Assembly: GCA_030390025.1 (NCBI GenBank)
Contig: CM059430.1
Location: 61,566,001-61,630,000 of the forward strand
Origin: Squalus acanthias
Taxonomy: Eukaryota
Direction: 5' to 3'
Length of the DNA: 64,000 bases
Shown one piece after another: positions 22,521 to 34,510 of the stretch. How positions within the stretch are numbered: the first letter of the stretch is position 1; the number at the start of each line of letters is the position of its first letter. The notes beneath the pieces were generated by a model. It saw nothing but the letters and a program-made list of their open reading frames with translations, did not search any database and was not told the origin of the DNA. Both the position numbers and the translations under genes were made by a program.

Positions 22521-24428
22521 GGGTATGGTAGCATATTGGTTATTTTACTGGACTAATAATCCAGAGGCCTGGACTAATAATCCAGTGAGGTGAGTTCAAA
22601 TCCCGCCATGGCAGCTGGGGGATATAGATTCAGTTAATTAAATAAATCTGGAATTTAAAAAGATAGTATCAGTAATGGTGATCATGAAACTACCAGTTTG
22701 TCATAAAAGGCCATCTGATTCACTAATGTCCTTTATGGAAGAAAATCTGCTATCCCTAGCCTGGTCTGTCCTATATGTGACTCCAGACCCACAGCAATGT
22801 GGTTGACTCTTAACTGCCCTCTGAAATGGCCTAGCAAGTCACTCAGTTGTACCAAACCGCTACGAAAAACAATAATAAGAATAAAACTGGATGGACGGCC
22901 TGGCATCGACCGAGGCACCAGCTTCAGGCACGACAAAGGGACACCCAGCCCAGTCGACCCTGCAAAGTCCTCCTCACCAACATCTGGGGCTTTGTGCCAA
23001 ACCTGGGAGAGCTGTCCCACAGACTAGTCAAGCAACAGCCTGACATAGTCATACTTACAGAAGCATACCTTTCAGCCAAGGTCCCAGACTCCTCCATCAT
23101 CCTTCCTGGGTATGTCCTGTCCCACCGGCAGGACAGACCCACAAGAGATTGCGGCACAGTGGTATACAGTCAGGTGGGAGAGGCCCTGGGAGTCCTCAAC
23201 ATTGACTCAGGCTCCATGAAGTCTCATGGCATCAGGCCAAGCATGGGCAAGGAAACCTCTTGCTGATTAACACCGACCGTCCTCCCTCAGCTGTTGAATC
23301 GGTACTCCTCCATGTTGAACATCTCTTGGAAGGAACACTGAGGGTAGCGAGGGCACAGAATATACTCTGGGTGGGGGACTTCAATATTAATCATCAAGCG
23401 TGGTTCGGTAGCACCACTACTAACCGAGCTGGCAGAGTCCTGAAGGTGGTGAGAGAATAAACACGAGCGAAAACCCTACTTGACCTCGACCTCACTAATC
23501 CGCCTATCGCAGATGCATCTGTCCATTACAGTATTGGTAGAAGTGACCACCGCACAGTCCTTGTGGGGACAAAGTCCTGTCTTCACACTGAGGACACACT
23601 CCATCGTGTTGTGTGGCACTACCACCAAGCTAAATGGGATAGATTCAGAACAGATCTAGCAGCTCAAAACTGGGCATCCATGAGGCGCCGTGGGCCATCA
23701 GCAGCAGCAGAATTGTATTCCACTACAACCTGTAACCTGGAATATCCCTCATTCTAGCATTACCATCAAGCCACAAACGAAGTCTAGTTCAATGAGGAGT
23801 GCAGAAGGGCATGCCAGGAGCTGCACCAGGCATACCTAAAAATTAGGAGCCAACCTGGGGAGCTGCAACACAGGACTACATGCATGCTAAACAGCAGAGG
23901 AAACAGGCTATAGACAGAGCTAAGTGATCCCACAACGAACGGATCAGATGAAAGCTCTGCAGTCCTGCCACATCCAGTCATGAATGGTGGTGGACAATAA
24001 ACAACTAACAGGCGGAGGAGGCTCCTTGAACATCCCCATCGTCAATGATGGCAGAGTGCAAAAGACAAGGCTGAAGCATTTGCAACCATCTTTAGCCAAA
24101 AGCGCCGAGTGGATGATTCATTTCAGCTTCTTCATGAGGTCCCCACCATCACAGAAGCCAGTCGTCAGTCAATTCGATTCACTCTACGTGATATCAAGGA
24201 ACGGCTGAGAGCACTGGAAACAGCAATGGCTATGGGCACCGACAGCATCTCGGCTGATGTGCTGAAGACTTGTTCTCCAGAACTAGCTGTGCCTCTAACC
24301 AAGCTATTTCTGTACAGCTACAACACTGGCAACTACCCGACAATGTGGAAAACTGCTCAGGTATATCCTGTCCACAATAACAGGACAAATCCAATCTGGC
24401 CAATTAACGCCCCTACAGCCTACTGCCA
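22521..24428 (+). mobile_element. Second LINE family (APE-RT, CR1/L2-group-like, not assigned): 5' half with tRNA-like head
   Basis: A-box-like TAGCATATTGG (22529) and B box GAGTTCAAATCC (22592), then a UTR, then APE motifs VLLTNIWG...QQPDIVILTE...VGDFNI and an RT-proximal region with frameshifts. Confidence 0.75.
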
Positions 24429-24429
24429 A

Positions 24430-26230
24430 TTTTTTGTATTTTTTCCTGGGATGTGGGCGTCCCTGGCAAGGCCAGCGTTGATTGCCCATCCCTAATTAAC
24501 CTTGAGAAGGTGGTGGAGTGCCGTCTTCTTGAACCACTGCAGTACTTGTAGTGAATGTACTCCCACTGTGCTGTTAGGGAGGGAGTTCCAGGATTTTGAC
24601 CCAGCGACAATGAAGGAATGGCGATATACTTCCAAGTCAGGATGGTGTGTAACTTGGAGGGAACTTGCACGTGTTGCTGTTCCCATGCGACTGCTGCCCT
24701 TGTCCTTCTAGGTGGTAGAGGTCGCGGGTTTGGGAGGGACTGCTGAAGAAGCCTTGGCAAGTTGCTGCAGTGCATCTTGTAGATGGTACACACTGCAGCC
24801 ACTGTGCGCCGGTGATGCAGTAAGTGGATGTTTAAGGTGGTGGATGGGGTGCCAATCTAGCGGCAGCATTGTCCTGAATGGTGTCAAGCTTCTGGAGTGC
24901 TGTTGGAACTGCACTCATCCAGGCAAGAGAAGAATATTCCATCACACTCCTGACTTGTGCCTTGTAGATGGTGGAAAGGCTTTGGGAGTCAGGAGGTGAG
25001 ACACTCGTCGCAGATTACATAGCCTCTGCCCTGCTTTTGTAGCCACATAATTTATGTGGCTGGTTCAGTTAAGTTTCTGGTCAATGGTGACCCCAGGATG
25101 TTGACAGTGGTGGATTCGGTGATAGTAGTGCCGTTGAATGTCAAAGGGGGGTGGTTAGACTCTCGCTTGTTGTAGATAGTTATTGCCTGGCACTTGTGTG
25201 GCGTGAATGTTACTTAACACTTATCAGCTCACGCCTGGATGTCATCCAGGCCGTGCTGCATTCGGGCATGGACTGCTTCATTATCTGAGGAGTTGCGAAT
25301 GGAACTGAACACTGTGCAACCATTAGTGAACATCCCTACTTCTGACCTTATGATGGCGGAAAGTCATTGATGAAACAGCTGAAGATGGTTAGGCCTAAGA
25401 GACTGCCCTGAGGAATTGCTGCAGCGATGTAATGGGGCTGAGATGATTGACCTCCAACAACCACAACCGTCTTCCTTTGTGCTAGGTATGGCTCCAGCCA
25501 GTGGGGAGTTTTCCCCCTGATTCCCATTGACTTCAATTTTACTAGGGCTCCTTGATGCCACACTCGGTCAAATCTTAGAATAAGCGGCTGCTCTTTCAAA
25601 ACTGAGATGAGGAGAAACTTCTTCACTCAGAGGGTAGTAGGTCTGCGGAATTTGCTGCCCCAGGAAGCTGTGGAAGCTACATCATTAAATAAATTTAAAA
25701 CAGAAATAGATAGTTTCCTAGAGGTAAAGGGAATTAGGGGTTACGGTGAGCGGGCAGGAAATTGGACATGAGGCTGAGTTCGGATCGGTCAGGGCCCTGT
25801 GGGTGGCGGAGCGGGCCCAGGGGCTGAGTGGCCGGGTCCTGCTCCTACCTCTTGTGTTCTTTAGATTTGAGTTTAGGATCAGATCAGCCATGATCTTATT
25901 GAATGGCGGAGCAGGCTCGAGGGGCCGATTGGCCTACTCCTGCTCCTATTTCTTATGTTCTTATGTTCTTATGTAAATCCTGCCTTGATGTCAAGGGCAG
26001 TCACTCTCACCTCACCTCTGTAATTCAGCTCTTTTGTCCTTGTTTGGACCAAGTCTGTAATGAGGTCTGGAGCCAAGTGGTCCTGGCGGACTCCAAATTG
26101 AGCATCGGTGAGCAGGTGAGTAAGTGCTGTTTGATAGCACTGTCGAATACACCTTCCACCACTTTGCTGATGATTGAGAGTGGACTGATGGGGCGGTAAT
26201 TGGCTGCATTGAATTTGTCCTGCTTTTTGT
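24430..26230 (-). mobile_element. Second LINE family, RT to 3' end, split by a CR1 tail
   Basis: NYRPISPLSIISKVVEG, FDRVWHQGAL, IPQGSLLGLTIFSCFIND and AAVCTIYKMHCSN fragments. The 3' end is homologous to 32210-32280. Confidence 0.8.
25575..25974 (+). mobile_element. Short young CR1 3' fragment (same subfamily as 15890-19442)
   Basis: Closely similar to the reverse complement of 15890-16325, with a (TTCTTATG)3 tail. TSD AAATC at 25570-25574 and 25975-25979. Confidence 0.9.
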
Positions 26231-26578
26231 GGAGCCTTGTCTTGTGCACTTGCATGAGAAACGTATCTTCGAACCCCTGTTTCCCATTTCCACCGAAATT
26301 TTCCTAGTCTCTTCTCGATAAATGAAGCTCCACATTATCACTACTCTAATCGTCTTGCAGCTTTCTGCAATTTGCCTGCACATTTGCTGCTCTATCTCCT
26401 TCCCACGTTCTGGTGGCCAATAGTGTACACCCAGCAGTGTAATGGCTCCTCTGTTGCTCCTTAATTATAGGCAAATAGATTATGTCTTTGAACCCTCAAG
26501 TACATAATCCCTTTCTACTTCAGTAACAGTATCAATACTGTCACCGCACCCCTCTTTTTTCCTTCCCTATCTTTCCTG

Positions 26579-27806
26579 GGGAGTTTGTCCTATAAGGAGA
26601 GATTGAGTAGATTAGGCCTATATTCTCTAGAATTTAGACGAATGAGAAGTGATCTCATTGAAATATAGAAAATTCTTACAGGGCTTGACAGGGTAGATGC
26701 AGGGAGGATGTTTCCCCTGGCTGCAGAGTCTAGAACCAGGGGTCACAGACTCAGAATAAGTTGTTGGCCATTTAGGACTGAGATGAGGAGAAATTTCTTC
26801 ACTCAGAGGGTGGTGAATCTTTGGAATTCTCAACCCCAGAGGGCTGTGGCGGTTTAGTCATTGAGTATATTCAAGAGAGAGATCGATAGATTTTTGAATA
26901 TTAAGGGAATTAAGGGTAATGAGGAGAGTGGAAGAAAGTGGAGTTGAGGTAGAAGATCAGCCATGATCTTATTGGCCCATATTTTCCGAACCCACGGGTG
27001 TGTACAAGCTGTGTACACACCCGTAGGGGCCTCGCAAGTGCCGGTTTCAGACATACGAAGTGCATGCGCTGAAAACTGGAACTTCTGATCTGTCAAGAAT
27101 TCTCTTGACAGATCACTGCCTGCCCGGGAGAAAGGCCTCCGTGGGCAGAGAGTTCCGCTTTCTGCACAACCTCCGGCCGCTGAAAACTTTAAAAATCTTA
27201 CGCCTGGTAAAAGCAGGCGTAAGGCCTGCTTTTCCCAGCCTAAGAGTTTAAAAAAGTGAAAAAATAAATGTTTTCACTCATTTATAATTAAAAAATACTT
27301 TAAAAAAAGGTAAGTTTATCTTTTGCCGAGTAACATTTTTTTAATTTTAATTATCAAAAAATTAAATTTTTGTTAGAAATATTTAATTTAATGAAATTTA
27401 ACTAATTTTAAATACATGATTTATTAAAAATGTATTTAATGTTTTACTGTGTTTTTTGAGTTTTCCCCATTCATACTTTTGATAGATCTATCCGGAGAGG
27501 ACTGTCAAAAGTGTGAAGGGGAATTCCCTTCTTTGATTGGGTCCCCATGGCCCACGTGATCCCAGGGACACTTGAGAACTGTCTGCGCCCCTGGGATACC
27601 TGGGCCTCTGCATGCGCGGACCAGGATCGGCCCAGGATCGGAAGTGTCGGGACCTACGGAGGCAGCAGGTAAGTACGTAGATTTTTTCCAGATCGGAGGC
27701 ATCCGTAGACTGGAAGCCTCCGATTGGAAAATCTGGGCCATTGAATGGTGGAGCAGGCTCGAGGGGCCAAATGGCCTACTCCTTCTCCTATTTATTATGT
27801 TCTTAT
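26579..27806 (+). mobile_element. CR1 3' fragment split by MITE family B
   Basis: Matches the reverse complement of 10030-10490. The tail resumes at 27740 after the MITE. Confidence 0.85.
26974..27739. mobile_element. MITE family B
   Basis: TIRs GGCCCATATTTTCCGA / TTGGAAAATCTGGGCC with an exact 3-bp TSD ATT (26971-26973, 27740-27742). Confidence 0.85.
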
Positions 27807-27831
27807 GAATACATTGTAGCCAGGAATAAAT

Positions 27832-29361
27832 GGGCCAGAAATTCGGCTCTCCGGCTTCCTGCAGGTGCAAGCATCGCGCACGTGCTTACCTACCGGGCCT
27901 GCTGTTGTGCTTCGGGCCCACGAGGACTTCGGGTCCTGGGCCTCCTGCAGCTGCCGGGGCACAGTACTTGCGTATCCCAGGGGCGCAGTTAGTTCGAAAC
28001 GTCCCCTGGGATCACGTGGATCATGGAGAGCCAATCGGAGCAGGGCATTTTCATTCATAGATTTTACAGCAAGACCTGTCAAATCTATGAATAGAGATCG
28101 GCCCCAAAACCACACTTAAACTTCAAATCATTTTTTTTTTAAATCACATTTTTAAAATAACTAGGGCCCAGAAATTCGCGTGGCCGACTTGCCGCGGGGG
28201 TAAGGATCGCGCGCGCTCTTACCCACCGTGCCTGCCATTGTGTTTTGGGCCCACAGGAACTTCGGGTCCTGGGCCTCTCCCAAGAGCCAGCGCGCAGTGC
28301 TTGCGTGTTCCAGGGGTGCAGTTAGTGCGATGCGACCCCTGGGATCACGTGGGCCATGGAGAGCCAATGGCAGCAGACCATCTTTCATTCATAGATTTGA
28401 CAGGAGATCTATCAAATCTGTGAATTGAAATCGGCCCCAAAAGAACAGCTAAACTTAAAATAAATTTAAAAAAAACCATCACATTTATAAAATAACTATA
28501 GTTAAATAAATTAACCAGTTTAAACAATAATTAATTTAAATTTTTGAAAAAATTAAAATACTTTTCAAAAGTTATAAAAATAAACTTACCTTTCTTTAAA
28601 GTATCTAAAAAAGATAAACCTGTTGAAATTTTTTTTAAATTATACTTAATTAACCACTTACCTTGTTCAAAAGGACTCTTACGCCTCCTTTTTATTAGCG
28701 TAGAATCTTCAATACTTACCCTCGCGTAGAAACCTGAAAAAAAATCTAAGTCTGCTGCGTGCTCGCAGCCTCTAGCGTGCACGCGGTTCACCTAGGAACC
28801 GCCCACTTCACCATACCGGAAGTTCCGGTTTCCCGCGCATGCGCAGTGCATGCAGGAAACCGGCACTTCGGGAATCAATACGGTGAGTACACACTGTGTA
28901 CTCACGCGAGAAGGGCCGAATTTTTGTGCCAATTTTTACATAAATTAACTACATTAAACAAAAATTTTAATTTTTGAAAAAATTAATTATACTTTTTAAC
29001 GGTGCTAAAAATAAACTTACCTTTCTTTAAAGTATGTAATAATGATAAACCTGTTGAAAAAATGTTTAAATTGTAATTAATTTACCACTTACCTTGTTAA
29101 AAACAGGCCTTGCGCCTCCTTTTTAAAAGTGCAGCTTCTCCATACTTACCCTCCCGGAGAAACCTGAAAATAAAATGAAGTTTGCTGCATGCGCGCTGCC
29201 TCTATCGTGAATGCGTTCGACTTCTGAACCCCTTCCTTCAGGGGAACGGAAGTTCCGGTTTCCCGCGCATGCGCAGTGCATGCGGGAAACCGGCACTTCA
29301 GGTGACCTTACGGGTGAGTACACAACGCATACTCACCTGACATCAGCCGAATTTCTGGCCC
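27832..29361 (+). mobile_element. MITE family A containing a second family A copy
   Basis: Perfect TIRs GGGCCAGAAATTCGGCT / AGCCGAATTTCTGGCCC. The outer halves 27832-28163 and 28931-29361 are collinear with 21261-22020. Confidence 0.85.
28164..28930 (+). mobile_element. Nested MITE family A copy
   Basis: Has its own termini (gggcccagaaattcg ... ccgaatttttgtgcc) and a full internal sequence, inside the AT-rich middle of the outer copy. Confidence 0.8.
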
Positions 29362-29732
29362 ATTAAGTTCCCAATTCTCCCCTTATTTGAGCCAGGTTTC
29401 CGTTATTGTCGTCATTTTATATTCCCATGTGGCTAGTTGTGCTTGCAGCTCACCAACCTTATTTACCACGCTCCATGCACATGCTCGCCAAACACTTCTT
29501 CGTCTGCCTCGCATTTCCACCCTCTCTAATCCCTCCTATTTCGAAACTGCTCTTTATTTTAATGCGGGTTGTCTCTCCCAACCCTCTGTGCACCTTGTAT
29601 CCCCTCTCCAATGCTTCATCCTGGTGCCACTCCCCCACAGCACTAGTTAACTTCCCTGCGAGGAGACTGGTCCCAGCCCTGTTGAGGTCAACCCTTACAT
29701 GGACGGAAGGACGAAAGCTAGAAAGAAAGAAA

Positions 29733-29876
29733 NNNNNNNNNNNNNNNNNNNNNNNNNNNNNNNNNNNNNNNNNNNNNNNNNNNNNNNNNNNNNNNNNNNN
29801 NNNNNNNNNNNNNNNNNNNNNNNNNNNNNNNNNNNNNNNNNNNNNNNNNNNNNNNNNNNNNNNNNNNNNNNNNNNN
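29733..29876. other. Assembly gap (144 N)
   Basis: Run of N preceded by a (GAAA)n-like repeat. Confidence 1.
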
Positions 29877-30028
29877 TTAACGTCTCACCTGAAAGACGGC
29901 ATCTCCGACAGTGCAGCAGTCCCACAGCACAGCACTGAAGTGGCAGTCTAGATTATGTGTTGAAGTCTCTGGAGTAGGGCCTGAACCCACAACTGTCTGT
30001 CACGGATGGAAGAGTGCTACCAATGATG
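29877..30028 (-). mobile_element. DeuSINE-type SINE 5' (tRNA-derived) part; remainder probably in the gap
   Basis: The minus strand reads ggtagcactc...gttgtgggttcaggccctactccagagacttc...gctgcactgtcggagatgccgtctttcaggtgagacgttaa. The (GAAA)n before the gap fits a (CTTT)n tail. Confidence 0.7.
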
Positions 30029-30369
30029 GAGGCCTAACAGCACTCTTGTTAGATTTTACTTTGAGTATAAACATGGGAGATTCATAAATTAGCAAATTTT
30101 GCAGGGCGAATAAGAATTCTCCAGCTTTGTACCAAGGTGAGTTGCTGAATGTGCAAGTGGAAACAGTGCACATCTCCAATGAAACTATTTGAAAATCTGT
30201 TTATAAGAAACATAAATTAAGATTAAGCACATATTCCGAGCAAATCCTTCACTCTCTGCCATTCTGGTTATAACCCTGGGGTGCTCTTTATCTTCACCTC
30301 CTCAAGTCCAAGAGGAGCACACTTGCAAACAAAGGAGCTGAATTCCTGATGTGAGGTGAGAGTGACTGT

Positions 30370-32290
30370 ACTTGACATCAAGGCAGCATTTGACCGAGTG
30401 TGGCATCAAGGAGCCCTCGTAAAACTGAAGTCAATGGGAATCGGGGGAAAATCTCCACTGGCGGGAGTCATACCGAGCACAAAGGAAGATGGTTGTGGTT
30501 GCTAGAGTTCAATTATCCCAGCCCCATTACATCGGTGCAGCAATTCCTCAGGGCAGTCTCCTAGGCCCAACCATCTTCAGCTGCTTCATCAATGACCTCC
30601 CTTCCAACATAAGGTCAGAAATGGGGATGTTCGCTGATGATTGCACAGTGCTCAGCACCATTCGCAACTCCACAGATATTGGGGCAGAAATTCGGCTGTT
30701 GTCGGGTGAGTACTCACTGTGTACTCACCCGTGGACAGTACGAAAGTGCCAGTTTCTTGCATGCACTGCGCATGCATGGGAAACCGGCACTTTCGTTCCC
30801 CTGAGGAAAGGGGTTCAGAGGTCGAACGTGCACGCCGGAGGGCAGCGCGTTCGCCTCGCACTTCGGATTTTTTTACATGTTCCTCCGTGAAGGTAAGCAC
30901 GGAGAAGATACACTTTTAAAAAGATGCGCAAGGCCTTCTTTTAACAAGGTAAGTGTTGATTTTTTTTAAAATTTAAACATTTTTTTCACTGATTTATCTT
31001 TTTTAATTACTTTAAAGAAAGGTAAGTTTAGTTTTAGCCCCGTTAAAAAATGTAATAAATTTTTTCAAAAATTTAAATTTATGTTTAAAATAGTTAATTA
31101 ATGTAATTTATAGTTATTTAAAAAATGTGATGTTTTTCTTAAATTTATTTGTAGTTTTAGGGATGTTTTGGGGCCGATCTGTATTCATAGACTTGACAGG
31201 TCTTCCTGTCAAATCTATGAATGAAAGATGGTCTGCTGCCATTGGCTCTCCATGGCCCACGTGATCCCAGGGGACGCATCGCACTAACTATGCCCCTGGG
31301 ATACACAAGCACTGCGCGCTGTCAGTTGGGGGAAGCCCAGGAGCCGAAGTCCCCATGGGCCCAGAGGTCAACGGCAGGCGCGGTAGGTGCGCGCGTGATC
31401 CTTGCACCTGCGGGAAGCCAGGGAACCGAATTTCTGGCCCAATGAAGCTGTCCATGCCCGCATGCAACAAGACGTGGACGACGTTCAGGCTTGTGCTGAT
31501 AAGTGGCAGGTAACATTCATGCCACACGAGTGCCAGGCAATGACTGTCTTCAAAAAGCGAGAGTCTAACCAACGCCTCTTGCCATTCAACGGCATTACCA
31601 TCGCTGAATTCCGCACCATCAATATCCTGGGGGTCACCACTGACCAGAAACTTAACTGGACCAGCCACATAAATACTGTGGCAACAAGAGCAGATCAGAG
31701 ACTACGTACTCTATGGCGAGTGCCTCACTTCCTGACTCCCCAAAGCCTTTCCACCATCGACAAGGCACAAGTCAGGATTGTGATGGAATACTCTCACTTG
31801 CCTGGATGAGTGCAGCTCCAACAACACTCACGAAACTCGACACAATCCAGGACAAAGCAGCCCGCTGGATTGGCACCCCATCCACCACCTTAAACATTCA
31901 TTCCCTCCACCACCGGCATACCGTGGCTGCAGTGTGTACCATCTACAAGATGCACTGCAGCAACAAAACCAGGCTTCTTCGGCAGCATCTCCCAAACCCG
32001 TGACTTCTACCACCTAGAAGGACAAGGGCAACAGTCGCACGGGAACACCATCACCTGCAATTTCCCCTCCAAGTCACAGACAATCCTGACTTGGAAGTAT
32101 ATCGCCGTTCCGTCATCGTCACTGGGTCCAAATCATAGAACCCCCTCCCTAACAGCACTGTGGGAGTACCTTCACCACTCAGACTGCAGCGGTTCAAGAA
32201 GGCGGCTCAGCACCACCTTCTCAAGGGCAATTAGGGATGGGCAATAAATGCTGGCCTTGCCAGCGATGCCCACATCCAATGAACGACTAA
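30370..32290 (+). mobile_element. Second LINE family, RT to 3' end, split by a MITE
   Basis: IPQGSLLGPTIFSCFINDLPS...MFADDCTV at 30489-30680 continues as EAVHARMQQD...KWQVTF at 31441. Confidence 0.85.
30681..31440 (-). mobile_element. MITE family A (reverse orientation)
   Basis: TIRs GGGGCAGAAATTCGG / CCGAATTTCTGGCCC, flanks ATT and AAT. The internal sequence is the reverse complement of the other family A copies. Confidence 0.85.
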
Positions 32291-32299
32291 ACAAAACAC

Positions 32300-32880
32300 A
32301 AGTGCTGTCGTGATCCAAGGCCTTTCCTGGCTGGACCAAGTAAAGCATTGTAGAGTCGCAATGTTCTATGCTACAACTGCCCATTGCTCTGTAATTGTCC
32401 TGGAGAGCAATGTTAACCCATCATTTCGTTCCCCCTCTACCAATCACCTGCTGAAATGTTTCTCCCCTAATGACAAGTTAAAGAGCTCATGGATTTATTT
32501 TTCATCAAATAGAGGCCATCCGCTCAGCTACCTCTACTGCTTCCTCCTTACCCCTTGCACACCAGGCCAAATCTCTCCTCATACTGTACCCCTGAATACT
32601 TGTTTCCCTGTATCTTCTCTTCCTTCTTCCCTGCATGCACTCGCTAAATTTATCTAATCCGCATGAACCACTTCCTGCTCCATAGGCACAAACCGGTGAC
32701 CACCCAACTTCCGTTTCTGGCCCCCATGATAGCTAAAGTTATAAGTGGCCGCGTCTTCTCAGAGACTGTCCCCTATCATCTGGAAACCGTTGTCATCTCC
32801 ACTTCCCAATAAACTCACACTCGACCGCTTTCTCCATGCAAACTGCCACCACATCTCTGAACTTCATTTCGTCCTGCAAG
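32300..32880 (+). mobile_element. Highly decayed LINE (L2-like) fragment
   Basis: Pyrimidine-rich sequence with degraded RT-proximal motifs (PLPNKLTLD...ANCHHISELHF, compare PLLKKPTLD...NYRPISNLPF). Confidence 0.45.
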
Positions 32881-33084
32881 ACACTGGGCCAAAAATTGCG
32901 GCCAGCGGTGGCGTACCTCCGGAGTACGCCGCTGATGTGTGAAAATAATACGCATCTACCTGAAGGCGGCCCTCCTGCGATAACTTGTCATCTGATGCTG
33001 CGAGTAGGAGGGCAGCGTAATGGCCACAGATCCAGGGATGCAGCCTGCGTGGAAGCGTACCTGGGATTACGTGGACATGGTCCT

Positions 33085-34510
33085 CCAATAAGAAAATAGA
33101 ATTAGATTGTACATAACTTCAGAAGGGAATCCTGTAATCCTGTAACTACAGGCCGGTCAGTTTAACATCAGTGGTGGGTAAAGTTTTAGAAACAATAATA
33201 AAGGAAAAAAATTATGAGCACTTGGAGAGGTTTAAGCTAATTAAGGAGAGCCAACACGGATTTGCAAAAGGCAGATCATGTTTGACTAATCTAATTGACA
33301 TTTTTTGATGAAGTAACAGGGAGGATCGTTGAAGGGAATGCAATGGATGCTGTCCACATGGATTTTAGGAAGGCGTTTGACTAAGTACCACATAGAAGGC
33401 TGGTTAACAAAATTGAGGCTCATGGAATAGATGGGTCACTGGCAGCTTGGATAAGGAATTGGCTTAAGACAGCAAACAGCGAGTTGTGGTAAATGGCTGT
33501 TTTCAGACTGGAGGATGGTAGACAGTAGTGCTCCCCAAGGGTCAGTGCTGGGGCCACTGCTTGTTTATATATATAAATGATCTGGATATTGGAATACCAA
33601 GTAGAATTTCTAAATTTGCCAATGACACCAGACTTGGGAGTGTTGCAAACAGAGATGATGATACCAACCGACTGCAACAGGATGTAGAAAGGCTAGCAGA
33701 ATGGGCAGACAAGTGGCAGATAGAATTTAATGCAGAGAAGTGTGAGGTGATGCATTTTGGCAGAAGGAACAGGGAGAGGCAATATACACTTAATGGCACA
33801 GTTTTAAAGAGTGTGCAGGGACAGAGCGACCCGGGAGTTAATGTGTATAGGTCCCTGAAGGTGGCAGGACATATTGAGAGAGTGGTTAGCAAAGCATATG
33901 GGATCTTGGGTTTCATAAATAGAGGTATTGAGTACAAAAGTAGAGAGGTTATGCTGAACTTTTATAAAGTGCTGGTTCGGCCACAACTGGCGTATTGCGT
34001 CCAGTTCTGGTCACCACACTTTAGGAAGGATGTGAAGGCCCTTGAGAGGGTACAGAGGAGATTTACCAGAATGGTTGCGGGGATGGGGAATCTTAGCTAC
34101 AAGGACAGGTTGGAGAAGCTGAATTTGTTTTCATTAGAGCAAAGGAGGTTGAGGGGTGATTTGATAGAGGTGTACAAGATTATGACGGGTTTGGATAGGC
34201 TAGACGGGGAAAGCTGTTCCCACTAGTTGATGGTACACGGACTAGGGGACACAGATTTAAGGTTTTGGGCAAGATATACAGTGGGGAAGGTGAATAAAAA
34301 CTTTTTTCGGACCTGTAACTCGCTGCCGACGGAAGTGGTGGAAGCAGACACACTCACTGTTTTAAAGGGAGGACTGGATAGGCACTTGAGGGAAACAAAC
34401 TTGCAGTGCTACGGGGATAGAACGGGGAATGGGACTGGCTGGATTGCTCTACAGAGAGCCGGCAAGGACTCGATGGGCCGAATGGCCTCCTTCTGTGCAG
34501 TTGTGACTCT
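33085..34510 (+). mobile_element. 5'-truncated CR1 (RT to tail) ending about 0.8 kb upstream of the IgSF gene
   Basis: ORF 33528-34226 (IYINDLD...KFANDT...RPQLAYCVQFWSP) and a tail at about 34470-34512. Confidence 0.9.

Larger units (their letters stand above)
26290..29700 (-). mobile_element. Old CR1 endonuclease/ORF1-junction fragment fragmented by nested insertions
   Basis: Pieces 26290-26578, 27807-27831 and 29362-29700 join into sequence homologous to 54280-54900. Confidence 0.65.

Noticed and set aside
29406-29951. ORFs spanning the N run
   Set aside because: These are artefacts of translating the assembly gap.
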